Source of the DNA: Mobula hypostoma
Taxonomy: Eukaryota
Assembly: GCF_963921235.1 (NCBI RefSeq)
Contig: NC_086108.1
Coordinates: 100,566,001 to 100,630,000, forward strand
DNA: 64,000 nucleotides
Direction of reading: 5' to 3'
Shown here: piece by piece, positions 14,313-26,590 of the stretch
Numbering within the stretch: position 1 is the first letter of the stretch
Layout of the letters: each line of letters opens with the position of its first letter
Notes under the pieces: generated by a model
What the model was told of the DNA's origin: nothing
The model's input: only the letters and a program-made list of their open reading frames with translations
Databases searched by the model: none
Translations under genes and position numbers: made by a program

Positions 14313-16110
14313 TTACAATAATTCATTCTCTATTGTGGAATAATTTCTTTGATACTTATTGAATTTCTTTGAAAAGTAAGCCACAGGGTAGCCAATATCA
14401 TCATGATCATCTCTTTGTAATAACACTGCTCCTGCAGCCTCATTACTGACATCCACTGCTATGGAAATGGTTTTGCAAAGTCAGGTGACCTGAGCACAGG
14501 TTGATAACACAAGATAGCCTTCAATTTGTCAAATGCCTTCTGGCAAGGCTCTGTTGAAACAAATTTCTCGCCCTTTTTCAGGGTGTTAGTCAATGGGAGG
14601 GCAGTATCAGCAAAGTTCTTACAGAACTTGCGATAATACCCCACCATTCCCAGAAATTGTCTAAGAGCCTTCTTACCAGTTGGAATGGGGAACACAGAGA
14701 TAGCCTGAACCTTTGCCTGAACAGGAGCCAACCTGCCCTGACCTACAGCATAACCAAGTTAGGTCACAGTGGCATGGCCAAATTTGCTCTTAGCTAAGTT
14801 AACAGTGCAGGATGGATAAACGTTAGAATCCACCTTTGGATCATCAGTGATTGGCTTAGTCGTCAACTGCACTGCAAGGACAACTTTGCCACCTGCTAGA
14901 TAATTCCCTAACAACAAAGGAACACTGTTCACTGGTAAACTGGGTCGTAGTCCTATCTTAACAAGTACTGAAACTAAGTCTGACTTCAAAATTATCTTGT
15001 GCAGAGGTACAGAAACAATGTCGCTCCCAATGCCTTGAATAAGATTCACCTCACAGTGGCAGTCTCATCACAAAACTCTAAAACATTGTCCAACAAGAGT
15101 GACTGAGAAGCCGCAGTATCTCGAAGAATTTCCACTGGCACAGAGGGTGACACTTCATTCACTGAAAACGATCCCTCTGACACAAAAGGAATGAATTTTT
15201 TCCTAACTGGGTCAAACGTCTCAGCCCTTGACAGAGCTTCATCAGGATGTCCAGAACCCTGTGGGTTCATAGGTGTTTCAGAGTTGAACACAGGCATCTG
15301 GAACTGCCTCCTTTCCCTTCTTCTTCCTCAGGAGGAAACAATCAGCTATAACATGACGAGGTTTCTTGTAATTGTGACAAATAGGACCAGAATATTTCTC
15401 CTTTGGTTACTTTCCTTCATCTTTACCTTTGTCACTATTCTGAGATTTGACTTCTGGTTTACCCTGATTATCCATGCTATTCTTCTGGAAGATCTTATTT
15501 GGGGCAAACTTAGACTTGTGGGTTAGAACAAACTCATCTGCTAACTTAGCAGCTTCTTGCAAAGTTGTAGCATCCTTCTCATCTAAATATGTCCTTGTAT
15601 TAATTACGAATGCACCTTTTAAACTCAATTAAAATCAACTCTTTCAATTTGTTGTAATCATCATTCACATTTTTAGATGTGCATCATCTTTCAAAATACA
15701 CAGACTTCTCATAAGCAAATTCCACATGAGTCTGGCTCACAGATTTTCTCAAATTCCTAAACCTTTGACCATAGGCCTCTGGAACCAGCTCATAGGCTTT
15801 AAGCACAGCCTGTTTTACTGTCTCATAGTCAGCTGCATCTTCAACTGATAGGGTAGAATAAGCCTGCTGAGCCTTACCTTTAATTATACTCTGCAACATG
15901 AGAGGCCAATACTCTTTTGGCCACTTCAGGCTCTGAGCAACTTTCTCAAAATGCTGAAAGTATTTATCAACCTCAGCATCAAATGGAGGGATCAATCTAA
16001 CTTCCGAACTGGCAACAAACCTATCATTAAAGCCAGAAATTTGATTCCCAAGCTTTAACTTCTCTAACTCAAACTGCCTTTGTCTTTCTCTTTCCTCAAA
16101 CACCTCCTTC

Positions 16111-19100
16111 ATGGTTCTGCCACCTTCTACTACCCATTGTGCTTTCCCCTATTCCTTCTTCACCTTTCCTGCCTATCACCTCCCTGCTTCCCCTCCCCCA
16201 CCCCTTTATCTTTCCCCTCACTGGTTTTTCACCTGGAACCTAGCTGCCTTCTCCTTCCCACCCTCCCCCCACCTTCTTTATAGGGCCTCTGCCCCCTCCC
16301 CCTACAGTCCTGACAAAGGGTCTTGGCCCAAAACGTAACTGTTCATCTCCACGGATGCTGCCCGACCTGCTGAGTTCCTCCAGCATGTTGTGCGTGTTGC
16401 TTTGACCCCAGCATCTGCAGAGTATTTTGTGTTTATGATTTGCTACTTCGTTGTGAAGTCTCTTCGAGGTATGCCTACCCTGAAGAAGTTTAAATCTTCC
16501 CTTCTACAGGAGTTCAGTGAGACCCTCTCTCACTGCTCCCCCTCTGTGATCTCCACCACTCTCCGACTCTTCGACCACATCCTGACCCAGACCCGCTACC
16601 ACAGCCACGTCTCCTTCCTTGAACGCGTCTCCGCCGCCATCTGTTACCACAGGGATTCCAGCTCCAGTTCCAGGCCTCCCAGTTTGGACCCGACGTGGAT
16701 CCCAGGTACCTCCGTTTCAGTGACCGCTGTTCCCACAGGATCTCCACACCACGCTCACTGCCAAGCAGAGATACCTACCGACCTTGTCCCTCTCTCTGCC
16801 ACCACTCCGGGCCACGCTCTCCACTGTCTGCCATGGACCTCTCCTACACTTCATTCTCCGACAGATTCACGCCTCCAACCGCCGCTTCTTCTCCTCCCTC
16901 GCGTCCAAGGAGGACCACAAGCTCGCCCGCCTAGAGCCCACGACAACAACCGGCTCCAGCCTGGACCCCGAACCTTCGGACCTCGACCTCTCAGGCCTTC
17001 GGTAGGCTGAAGACCCATCCGCCTCTGACTCTGACCCCGACTGGAACCACAGCCTCCCGGACATGGGCACCAGCACCCGGCAGGCCATAGATTCACTCGC
17101 CTCCGACTCAGACCTCAGTTCTGGGGCCCTGCAGGCTACAGGTTCCACCACCCCCAGCTCCGGATCCAGCTCAGACCGAGGTCCCGACCCTCTCCGGACT
17201 GGGACCACTCTTACTGCCACTGGGTCCTACCGCTCGTCTTATTCCCCCACTGCCCTCTTTCCTCCCCACAACTCCTAACCTTCCCTCTACCCCTCATTGC
17301 CCCTCCATTCCTCTGATCCCTCATCCTCCTCTAACCCCGCTCTCCCTGAACATCCCAACCCCCCCCCCGAGACCTCTCACTCTTCAGCCTCCTCTGACCC
17401 CAGCCCTTGCCATGTCTTCACCATCCCCTCTGACCTTCCCCTCTCTGAGGCAGAACGTTCTGTCCTTAGCAAGGGCCTCACCTTTGTCCCCCTCCATTCA
17501 CACCTCAGTGAGTTCCGTGCCCGCCATGACGCTGAACTCTTCTTCCATTGCCTACGTCTCCAAGCCTACTTCTTTGGCGAGCATTTCCCTCCACCTAATG
17601 ATGGCCTCTTCTCCCGTTTTCAACCCTCCTCCTCCTGGACACCCCGCCCGGGCCTTCTACCTGCACTCGATCTTTTCATCTCCAACAGTCGCTGAGACAT
17701 CAACCGTCTCAACTTCACCACTCCTCTCTCCTGTTCCAACCTCAATCCCTCTGAATGCACTGCCCTCCACTCTCTCCGCACTAATCCCAACCTCACCATC
17801 AAACCTGCAGACAAAGGTGGTGCCGTAGTAGTCTGGCGGACGGACCTCTACCTCACTGAGGGCTCTCTGACACCTCCTCTTCCTTACCCCTGGAACAGGA
17901 CCCCACCAAAAAACATCAAGTCATTGTGTTCCGTACTATCACTGCCCTTATCAACTCCGGAGACCTTCTATCCTCAGCCACTAAACTCATAATTCCCACA
18001 CCCCGCACTGCTCGGTTTTACCTCCTCCCCAAGATCAACAAACCGGACTGTCCCTGTAGATCCACAGTTTCTGCCTGCTCCTGCCCCACCAAACTTGTAT
18101 CTGCCTACCTGGACTCCATTTTGTCACCCATAGTTCAGCCCCTCTCCACCTACATCCGGGATACATCCCATGCCCTCCACCTCTTCAATAACTTCCAGTT
18201 CCCCAGTCCTGACCGCTTCACTACCACTATGGATATCCAATCCTTATACACTTCCATTCCCCATCAAGACGGCCTCAAAGCCCTCCGCTACTTTCTGGAC
18301 AGTAGACCTCACCAGTTCCCCACCACCACCACCCTCCTCCAGTTGGCGGAACTGGTACTCACACTTAATAACTTCTCTTTTGGCTCTTCCCACTTTCCTC
18401 AGACCAAGGATGTAGCATGGGCCCCAGCTATGCCTGCCTTTTCGTTGGTTATGTGGAACAGTCTATGCTCCAAACTTATACTGGTACTGTTCCCCAACTT
18501 TTCCTTCGCTACATTGACGACTACATTGGTGCTGCTTCCTGCACCCACACTGAGCTCGTCAATTTCATCCACTTTGCTTCTAACTTCCACCCAGCCCTCA
18601 GATTTACCTGGTTCAGCTCGGACCCTGAGTTTGGGCCTCATCATGGCAGTAGAGGAGGCCATATATGGACATAACTGAATGGGAATGTGAAGCAGAGTTG
18701 AAGTGGGTGGCAATTGGGAGATCCTGTCTGTTGTGGCAGACGGAGAGGAGGTGCTCGACGAAATAGTCCCCCAATCTGCATCAGGTCTCACCGATGTAGA
18801 GGAGGCCGCACTGGAAGCACTGGATGCAATAGACGACCCCAACAGACTCACAAGTGAAGTATTGCCTCACCTGGAAGGACTGTTTGGGGCCCTGAATGGT
18901 GGTGAGAGAGAAGGTGTAGGGTCAGGTGTAGCACTTACGCTTGCAGGGATAAGTGCCGGGCGGGAGATCCATGGGGAGGGACGTGTGGACCAGGGAGTCA
19001 TGGAGGGAACGATCCCTGCACAGGATAATGTGCTGGGTCCGGAGGCTGGTGGGGTGGTAGGTGAGGACAAGGGGAACTCTGTCCCTCTTGTGACAGAAGG

Positions 19101-19409
19101 ATGGGGTGAGGGTCAAAGTGCGGGAAATGGAGGAGATGCGGGTGAGGGCATCATTGGGAGACCACGATCCTTAAAGAAAGAGGACATTTGAGATGTCCTG
19201 GAACGGAAAGCCTCATCCTGGGAGCAGGTGCAGCAGAGACGGAGGAACTGGGAACAGGGAATAGGATTTTTGCATGTGGCGGGGTGGAAAAAGGTGTAGT
19301 CGAGGTAGTTATGAGAGTCAGTGGGCTTATAGAAGATGACAGTGGACAGTCTGTCTCCAGAGATAGAGACTGAGAGATCGAGAAAGGGGAGAGAAGTGTT
19401 CGAGATAGT
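16111..19409 (+). mobile_element. Near full-length Penelope-like element with upstream pseudo-LTR; 3' part inverted (18612-19409)
   Basis: A tail copy (16111-16435) precedes the ORF start. RT motifs FYLLPKINKP, MDIQSLYTSIPH and FLRYIDD on plus up to RFTW; continuation TISNTSLPFLD...GIY-YIG on minus. Confidence 0.9.
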
Positions 19410-20204
19410 GAAGTCGTCCAGGAACTGAACGTGAAGCACCTGAGCGAGATTTTCGCTGCAATTGATTAACTAGCCGGCATTGCTTAAACACGTGCCTGTG
19501 AGCAGCCATTAGCAAGATGAGTTCTAAGGTATCGGAAAAGCCTAAAAGAGCTCGTAAGGGTGTTACACTTACCGTAAAACTAGACATAATTAAGCGTTTC
19601 AATCGTGGTGAATGAAGTAAGGACAAAGTGAGTTTGGCTTGTAGAAGTTGAAGATGATGATGTTGAAGAAGATGATGTTGAAGAGGTTTGGCATCCCATG
19701 ACCAAGAACCAATAGATGAAGAGCTGATGCAATTGGAAGAGGAAAGGATAACAGTCGCTGCAATTGACAACAATGATTGCAGAAAAGTACGACTTTAATT
19801 TTGAAAGGATACGTAGGATTAGGGCAAATTTGCAGGTTGGTTTGAGTGCTTACAAAGAACTGTATGATAGAAAAATGCGCGAGGCTAAGCAGTCAAGCAT
19901 ACTGTCGTTTTTCAAGCCTTCCACATCAGCCACAGAAGACGACGAACCTCAACCTTCGACATTGAGGCAGGCAGATAGATGATGACCTGCCTGCTCTGAT
20001 GGAAAGACACGATGATGAGATGACACCCCCGTGTCCAACCACCCCAACCCCCGGGCCGCAGACCAATACATTGCCATGGAGAATGCAGCGGTAGCCAGGA
20101 CGCACCCAACAAATCTTTAAGAAAAAAAGCTGAAATAAACAAGCTAATTAATTAGGTGCCGCCCGGCATGTAAATGTTAACCCAGATCAGAGGCGATTGC
20201 CGAT

Positions 20205-21848
20205 TGTCACTCCGCTATTTAAGAAGGAGGCAAGGAAGCAAAAATGAAATTATAGACCTGTTAGCTTGACATCGGTGGTTGGGAAGTGGTTGGAGTCGAT
20301 TGTCAAGGATGAGGTTACAGAGTACCTGGAGGCATCTGACAAGATAGGCAGAACTCAGCATGGATTCCTTAAAGGAAAATCCTGCCTGACAAACCTATTA
20401 GAATTTTTGAGGAAATTACAAGTAGGCTAGACAAGGGAGATGCAGTGGGTGTTGTATATTTGGATTTTCAGAAGGCCTTTGACAAGGTGCCACACATGAG
20501 GCAAAGTAACAAGATAAGAGCCCATGGAATTACAGGAAATTTACATACTTGGATAGAGCGTTGTCTGCTTGGCAGGAAACAGGGAGTGGGAATAAAGGGA
20601 TCCTATTCTGGTTGGCTGCCGGTTACCAGTGGTGTTCCACAGGGGTCAGTGTTGGGGCTGCTTCTTTTTACATTGTACATCAACGATTTGGATTATGGAA
20701 TAGATGGCTTTGTGGCTAAGTTTGCTGACGATACGAAAATAGGTGGAGGGGCCGGTAGTGCTGAGGAAACAGGGAGTCTGCAGAGAGGCTTGGATAGATT
20801 GGAAGACTGGGCAAAGAAGTGGCAAACAAAATACAATGTTGAAAAGTGTATGGTTATGCACTTTGGCAGAAGAAATAAACAGGCAGACTATTATTTAAAT
20901 GGAGAGAGAATTCAAAGTTCTGAGATGCAACGGAACTTGGAAATACCCTTAACAGGATACCCTTAAGGTTAACCTCCAGGTTGAGTCGGTGGTGAAGAAG
21001 GCGAATGCAATGTTGGCATTCATTTCTAGAGGAGTAGAATATAGGAGCAGGGATGTGATGTTGAGGCTCTATAAGGCGCTGGTGTGGGCACGTGGCCAAG
21101 TGGTTAAGTCACTGGACTAGCGACCCGAAGGTCGTGAGTTCGAGCCCCAGCCGAGGCAACGTGTGTTGTGTCCTTGAGCAAGGCACTTAATCACACATTG
21201 CTCTGCGATGACACTGGTGCCAAGCTGTATGGGTCCTAATGCCCTTCCAGGACAACACTGGTGTCACGGAGAGGGGAGACTTGCAGCATGGGCAACTGCT
21301 GGTCTCCCATACAACCTTGCCCAGGCCTGCACCCTGGAGAGTGAAGACTTTCCAGGCGCAGATCCATGGTCTCGCAAGACTAATGGATGCCTCTAAGGTG
21401 CTGGTGAGACCTCACTTGGAGTATTGTGGGCAGTTTTGGTCTCCTTATTTAAGAAAGGATGTGCTGACGTTGGAGAGGGTACAGAGAAGATTCACTACAA
21501 TGATTCCGGGAATGAGAGGGTTAACATACGAGGAATGTTTGTCCGCTCTTTGACTGTAGTCCTTGGAGTTTAGAAGAAGGGGAGACCTCATAGAAACATT
21601 TCGAATGTTGAAAGGCATGAACAGAGTGGATGTGGAATTTGTTGCCACGGGCAGCAGTGGAGGCCAAGTCATTGGGTGTATTTAAGGCAGAGGTTGATAG
21701 GTATCTGAGTAGCCAGAGCATCAAAGGTTATGGTGAGAAGACAGGAGAGTGGGACTAAATGGGAGAATGGATCAGCTCATGATAAAATGGCGGAGCAGAC
21801 TCGATGGGCCGAATGGCCGACTTCTACTCCTTTGTCTTATGGTCTTAT
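20205..21848 (+). mobile_element. CR1 LINE 3' portion (RT domain and 3' UTR)
   Basis: VVYLDFQKAFDKVPH, SGVPQGSVLG, KFADDTKIGG, LVRPHLEYC; tail cttatggtcttatg. Confidence 0.92.
21085..21393 (+). mobile_element. tRNA-derived CORE-like SINE inserted in CR1
   Basis: A box tggccaagtgg, B box gttcgagcc, CORE-like tgtgtccttgagcaaggcacttaa. 13-bp TSD taagg(c/t)gctggtg at 21072-21084 and 21394-21406. Confidence 0.88.
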
Positions 21849-23004
21849 GTGCTGGGTGCATCCTGGCTACCGCTGCACCACTGCATGCTTTGCGTTTCGG
21901 TATCGGTCGGCGGCCTGGAGGTTGGGGACCACTGCACCACCCCAACCTCCGACGACTCAGCCTAACACACCACCATCAGTGTGCTCGGCGCTGTCTTCCC
22001 AATTCCGGTAAGTGATACTATACTGTACACACATTATTTCTACTTTATATAGGCTGTCTATTTTTATGTGTTATTTGGTATGATTTGGCAGCTTCATAGC
22101 TTAAAGGTTACTGGAGAGAGTGTTTCTGCCAAGAGTGCTTGCGCCCTGTTTCAGCCAAGAGCGCTTCATGAGATTTTGGCTACGGAAAACAGGGCGGCAT
22201 TGATTGTAGAAAAATATTTCTACTTTATATAGGCAGTGTATTTATCATATCATTCCTGCTTTTACTATATGTTACTGTTATTTTAGGTTTTATGTATAAT
22301 TTGGCATGATTTGGTAGGTTACTTTTTGGGTCTGCGAACGCTCACAAATTTTTCCCATATAAATAAATGGTAATTGCTTCTTCACTTTACGACATTCCGG
22401 TTTCATAGGAACACTCTACCTTCGGATGGCGGGGGAAACCTGTACTCCAGATGTAGCTTCAATACATCCAGAAGACTCAGCTCTTCAGATTTAACAATAA
22501 CAGAATTAGGGTTATATATGAATGGCTTCCTACCTTAATCCAATCATGCTGGTGTGAACCAAAACTCTTAAAGAACATTAAAAACATAAGACACACTAAC
22601 AATGTGCATTTCCCACCTTATCTAGCTACATCTGCACTTATCCATCATTACTGATGCCCTAACCTGCCATTTCACCCAGAATCCCCATTGTTCTTTTGTT
22701 AGTTTAGCCCCAACCTGTGGATAGCCTTCTGATCCAAGCACATTCTTATAAAATTTATCTGATATCAATATCCCAACCTCCACACAATGAAAACAGAATT
22801 CTCAGCATCATTAATCCAGGTTGTAACTCAAACGCTATTCTTTGTAAAATGAAGTTACAATGGATTTTTAAAAACATTTTCCATAAATTAGTATATCTGT
22901 AAAGATGTAGTAAACAATGTGTCAAATAAAACATAATAAATAGCAAGAATGCTCTTATTTACATTCATTAAATTTGAAAAATACATTTTTGCCATTGTAC
23001 CTAC

Positions 23005-23102
23005 CAACATTCTGAGCTGTGGCCACAAAAGAAAGGAATCTGAAGCCAAAGTTTTTCTGGAGCACAATCTGACCCACCAGCTGCAACACATTCATCAAAT
23101 GT
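23005..23102 (-). CDS. HS2ST1: HS2ST1 coding exon 5 (98 bp)
   Basis: Read by hand: TFDECVAAGGSDCAPEKLWLQIPFFCGHSSECW. C-rich pyrimidine tract ending ctccag, donor gtaggt. Confidence 0.96.
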
Positions 23103-23558
23103 CTGGAGTGGGGGTTGGGGGGGCGGCAGGGGGAAAAAAGAAAAGAAATTGCTTTAAGCCAACAGTAAATCAGAACAGGCAGAAATAAATACAGCCAGTC
23201 AATGCAGGACAAGCAGTATTAAGTGCTGCCAGTCAATTCAGACTTTCAAACCAATACTTCAGAAACCTGATGATGTCAAAGTCAGTACTCCAAACTGAAG
23301 ACATTTTAACACACAATCTTTAACACAATTACATTTCAACATGCTACAACAAACCACACATTGATAAAATCACTGCAATAAATGATTATGGTACCCAAAG
23401 CCTTTCAGAATAGAATTTGATTTTTCCCTATTAACTATTATTTAAATTAGAAATGCTAGCTGAAAATACTTCATCAACCTGCTACTCTTTTACAGAACAA
23501 CAACAGCTTTACTAAACATTTTGGTAAGACTTATTCTAATAAAATTTAGCTTAAGAAA

Positions 23559-23760
23559 TTCAAACACGAGGAAATCTGCAGATGCTGGAATTTCAAACAA
23601 CACACACAAAAAATGCTGGTGAACACAGCAGGCCAGGCACCATCTATAGGAAGAGGTACAGTTGACGTTTCGGGCCGAGACCCTTCATCAGGACTTGCGT
23701 TAGTCCTGTACCTATAGATGCTGCCTGGCCTGCTGCGTTCACCAGCATTTTTTGTGTGTG
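23559..23760. mobile_element. Fold-back mini-element made of two inverted Penelope tails
   Basis: 50-bp inverted arms 23601-23650 and 23711-23760 (2 mismatches); 12-bp direct repeat tagcttaagaaa at 23547-23558 and 23761-23772. Confidence 0.85.
23660..23695 (-). ncRNA. Putative minimal hammerhead ribozyme
   Basis: Minus strand agtc-CTGATGA-a-gggt(ctcg)gccc-GAAA-c-GTC-aact, with a palindromic ACGT at helix III. Confidence 0.65.
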
Positions 23761-24024
23761 TAGCTTAAGAAACTGTTGAGTTTATTATTGTACTTCATTT
23801 ATACTAAGATCGATCATCGTCTTTGGATTACCCACAAGTCTTGGGTATGAAAGTTCAACAATTGTGGAAAAAAAGCTATAATTGTTATAAACTAATTAGT
23901 ATCTATTCTCAATTATTTTACCTCCATGAAGAACCATCCCAAAATATCTACCCCTTTGCAATTTCCACCAGATCTAACATGACCCCATCAGTCTTCCCCT
24001 CATTGCACATCAGAGTCTGTTCAC

Positions 24025-24740
24025 TGTTACCATTTCGTAACATACCAGCAGCAAGAGATGACAAATTGAGTCAGGTTTTAATATTAAAACCACGATATTT
24101 ATTTACATCTACTCAAAAATATAGAAAAATTATATAAACTACTTCCTTAAACAGAAGTTAACAGTGTTATGCATCTATAGCTCCCTTACAGTCAAACTTA
24201 TTCTTAACAAATATTACTCAAGCACAGTCTTAAAGTGGCAATTCAGAGAGCCCCAGTAATTCACAAAATAGCTGAGAGGAGAGACTTGCAGATTCACAAT
24301 GCAGCGACGAGTTCCAAAGATTCCACGGCTAGCGAACGAAGAAACGGTTACCGAAGATCCCAGCCGAGGAATACGTTCCGAAGTCCATGACGAGCGATTT
24401 CACTAAGTGACTGTCACAAAATCCACACCCATGGATCAGACGAAGTACAGGCACGTCTCCACAATGCACAGGGTGCTGCTGATTAACCCAATCCATTGGG
24501 TATGGGTAAGCATTAGACTTTACCCTTCTCGATCGTAAGCTGTTCCGTGATAGCTCGAAGTGCAATCTTCATTCTCTCTCTCTTTCCTTCGACTCCTCCT
24601 CAGCACATTGTCCACATTTCTTTCATACTGTCGGCATACGTTATAAGGTAATGCTCACTGAAACAAAACTGTGGACTCCCAGTAAAACGAAACTGGGGAC
24701 ACGTGACACCCACAGTAAACAAAACTATGGACACGTAACA
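24025..24740 (-). mobile_element. Solo LTR of a gypsy-type element (716 bp)
   Basis: TGTTAC...GTAACA termini, exact 4-bp TSD TCAC (24021-24024 and 24741-24744), minus-strand AATAAA at 24098-24103; left end resembles the LTR at 11448. Confidence 0.88.
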
Positions 24741-26109
24741 TCACTTTGAGGCTCCCGAGTCTGCCCTTTTGCTCCCACCCTTCACAGTGCTTTCCCATGC
24801 AACCAGAGACACAATACATAGAATAGATAGTTATTTTCCAACAGAGGATCACAAGTGGTATAGATTTATGGCGAATGGAAGGAAATTTAAAGGTGAAGTA
24901 TTTTGTTTACAATCAAGAGTGGCTGATATCTGGAACTCACAGTCAAAGGGAGTGGTGGAGTCAGGTATATCTCAACATTTAAGACATTTAGACAATCACT
25001 TTAATAGACATAGAAAGACACAGACTTAATGCTGACAAATGGGTTTAGTGTACATGAGCAAAAAGGTCAGCCTGGATGTGGTGGGGTGAAGGTCCTGTGT
25101 CTATGATCCATGACCTGTCTTTTCCCACCTTCGAGGCCCAAACAATTATTCCAGGTGAAGCAGCAATTCACTTTCACCTTTCTTCCAATCTTGTCTCCTC
25201 ATTTGGGAAACCAGAGTGGGCACGCACTTTCTGGATCACTTGTATTCAGTTTGCAGGGGTGATCCAAGCTTCTTGTTCCATGCCACTTCAATTTTCAATC
25301 TTGCTACTGTTCCAACCTGGGCATTTTGCAATCTCCTAGAATGAAGACTGAATTTTCCAACTTCAGGTACACTTTTTTTTATTGTTTCAACATCATCACC
25401 TTGTGCTCCATATTACTTGATCAGTCTTAACCAATCTCCATACACCAATCTCTTACATCTCATTCCTCCCTCCAACCTACTCCGGTTCTGAGAAAAAATT
25501 CTTGACCCATAGCTTTAACTGGGTTTCTCTTTCCAGATGCTGCTAAGATAGCTAAGTTCCTGCAGCATTTTCTGATTACGGATTCCAGCATGAACAATTT
25601 TGTTTGTTTTGCCAAACCTAAAATAGTTCTACAATCTTGCTGTGAGCTAAATAGGGGTGACCTGCTATTTATTGCAAAATACTGGCTTACTTTCAGTACA
25701 AGCAGACTGACACTTTGGATATCATATGGTCCCTTTGCATACTGTGCACCAAAACAAGGATTTGTAATTGCTCCTTGTAGTCACTGCCCTGCTAGCAAAC
25801 AGTTAAGCATTCCAGTTGGTTGTCCTTAAAGTGTTCAGACACAATTTTATTTTCACATAAAATATACAAATGCGTAGATTAGATTAGAACGTTGATTTCA
25901 CCAATTAAAGCAGCAAAGCTCTTGAACTTCAAAGTGAAGGCTCTCCTTCAATGCAATAATTGAAGGCGGTGGAAAAACATGGGCAACATGATTTTTCAAC
26001 AATAAATTTTCTAATTAAGGCACTAAGTATCCATCTGCATGAAATGGTGCAGGCTCACACAAAAAAAAACAATTTCTGTTGTGCTTGATTTGGAAAATTG
26101 TAGCTAATC

Positions 26110-26590
26110 CAAAGAAACACACAAAATTCTGGAGAGAATCAGCAGCTCAGGCAATGGAAAAGAGTAAACAGTTGACATTTTGGGCCGAGAGCCTTCTTCA
26201 GGACTGAAGGGCAGGGGAGAAGATGACAATAAAAAGGTGGAGGGGAGGGGAGGTGAAGGAAGATAGCTAGGTGTTAGGTGAAGCCAGCTGGGTTGAAAGA
26301 GGAAGGAATCTGACAGGAGAGGAGAGTGGACCTTATGAGAAAGGGAATGGGGGGGGGGGAACTGAGGGAAGTGATAGGCAGGTAAGAAGAGGTACAAGGG
26401 CAGAGTGGGGAATAGAAGAGGAGTGGAGACGTGGGAAATTTTTTTTACCAGACGAAATCGATATTTATGTCATCAGATAGAAGCCACCCAAGCAGAACAT
26501 GAGGTGTTGCTCTTCTACTCTGAGGGTGACTTCATTGTGGCACAAAGTAGTTCTACTTTTGGCAGATGGACCAGAGGTGCTTGATGAAGC
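26110..26590 (-). mobile_element. Penelope-like 3' fragment with a degenerate hammerhead
   Basis: Same tail and purine-rich UTR as 8275-8990; on minus the core reads CTGAAGA...AAAA (GAAA box mutated). Confidence 0.75.

Larger units (their letters stand above)
11448..16110 (-). mobile_element. Gmr1-like Ty3/gypsy LTR retrotransposon, internally deleted and 5'-truncated
   Basis: SCAN-like gag (YFQHFEKVA...KAYELVPEAYGQRFR), degenerate Zn knuckle (CHNYKKPRHVIADC), protease (ILRDTAASQSL...LLLGNYLAGGKV), RT end (FLGMVGYYRKF), RNase H (YSTIENELL; TDHNPL; NIIADCLSR) with no integrase downstream. LTR-like region ends at tgttac (11448). Confidence 0.88.
20042..21934. mobile_element. Charlie-type hAT MITE nested in the Tigger element and split by CR1
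   Basis: Inverted arms ccccaacccccgggccgc...gcagcggtagccaggacgcaccca (20042-20110) and tgggtgcatcctggctaccgctgc...ggttggggaccactg (21853-21934). Confidence 0.65.
19410..22442 (+). mobile_element. Tigger/pogo-like non-autonomous element hosting nested insertions
   Basis: MSSKVSEKPKRARKGVTLTVKLDIIKRF (CENP-B-type HTH, ATG 19517) joined to a TIGD-like C-terminus YKELYDRKMREAKQSSILSFFK. Right TIR ...cggatggcgggggaaacctg followed by TA (22443). Left TIR not found. Confidence 0.8.

Noticed and set aside
16469..16509. Possible retained intron in the Penelope 5' region (GTATGC...CCCTTCTACAG)
   Set aside because: Only ~41 nt, below a plausible vertebrate spliceosomal intron size; no other support.
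21085..21160. tRNA gene
   Set aside because: A/B boxes are present, but the sequence continues into a CORE-like body and is bounded by a TSD: a SINE head.
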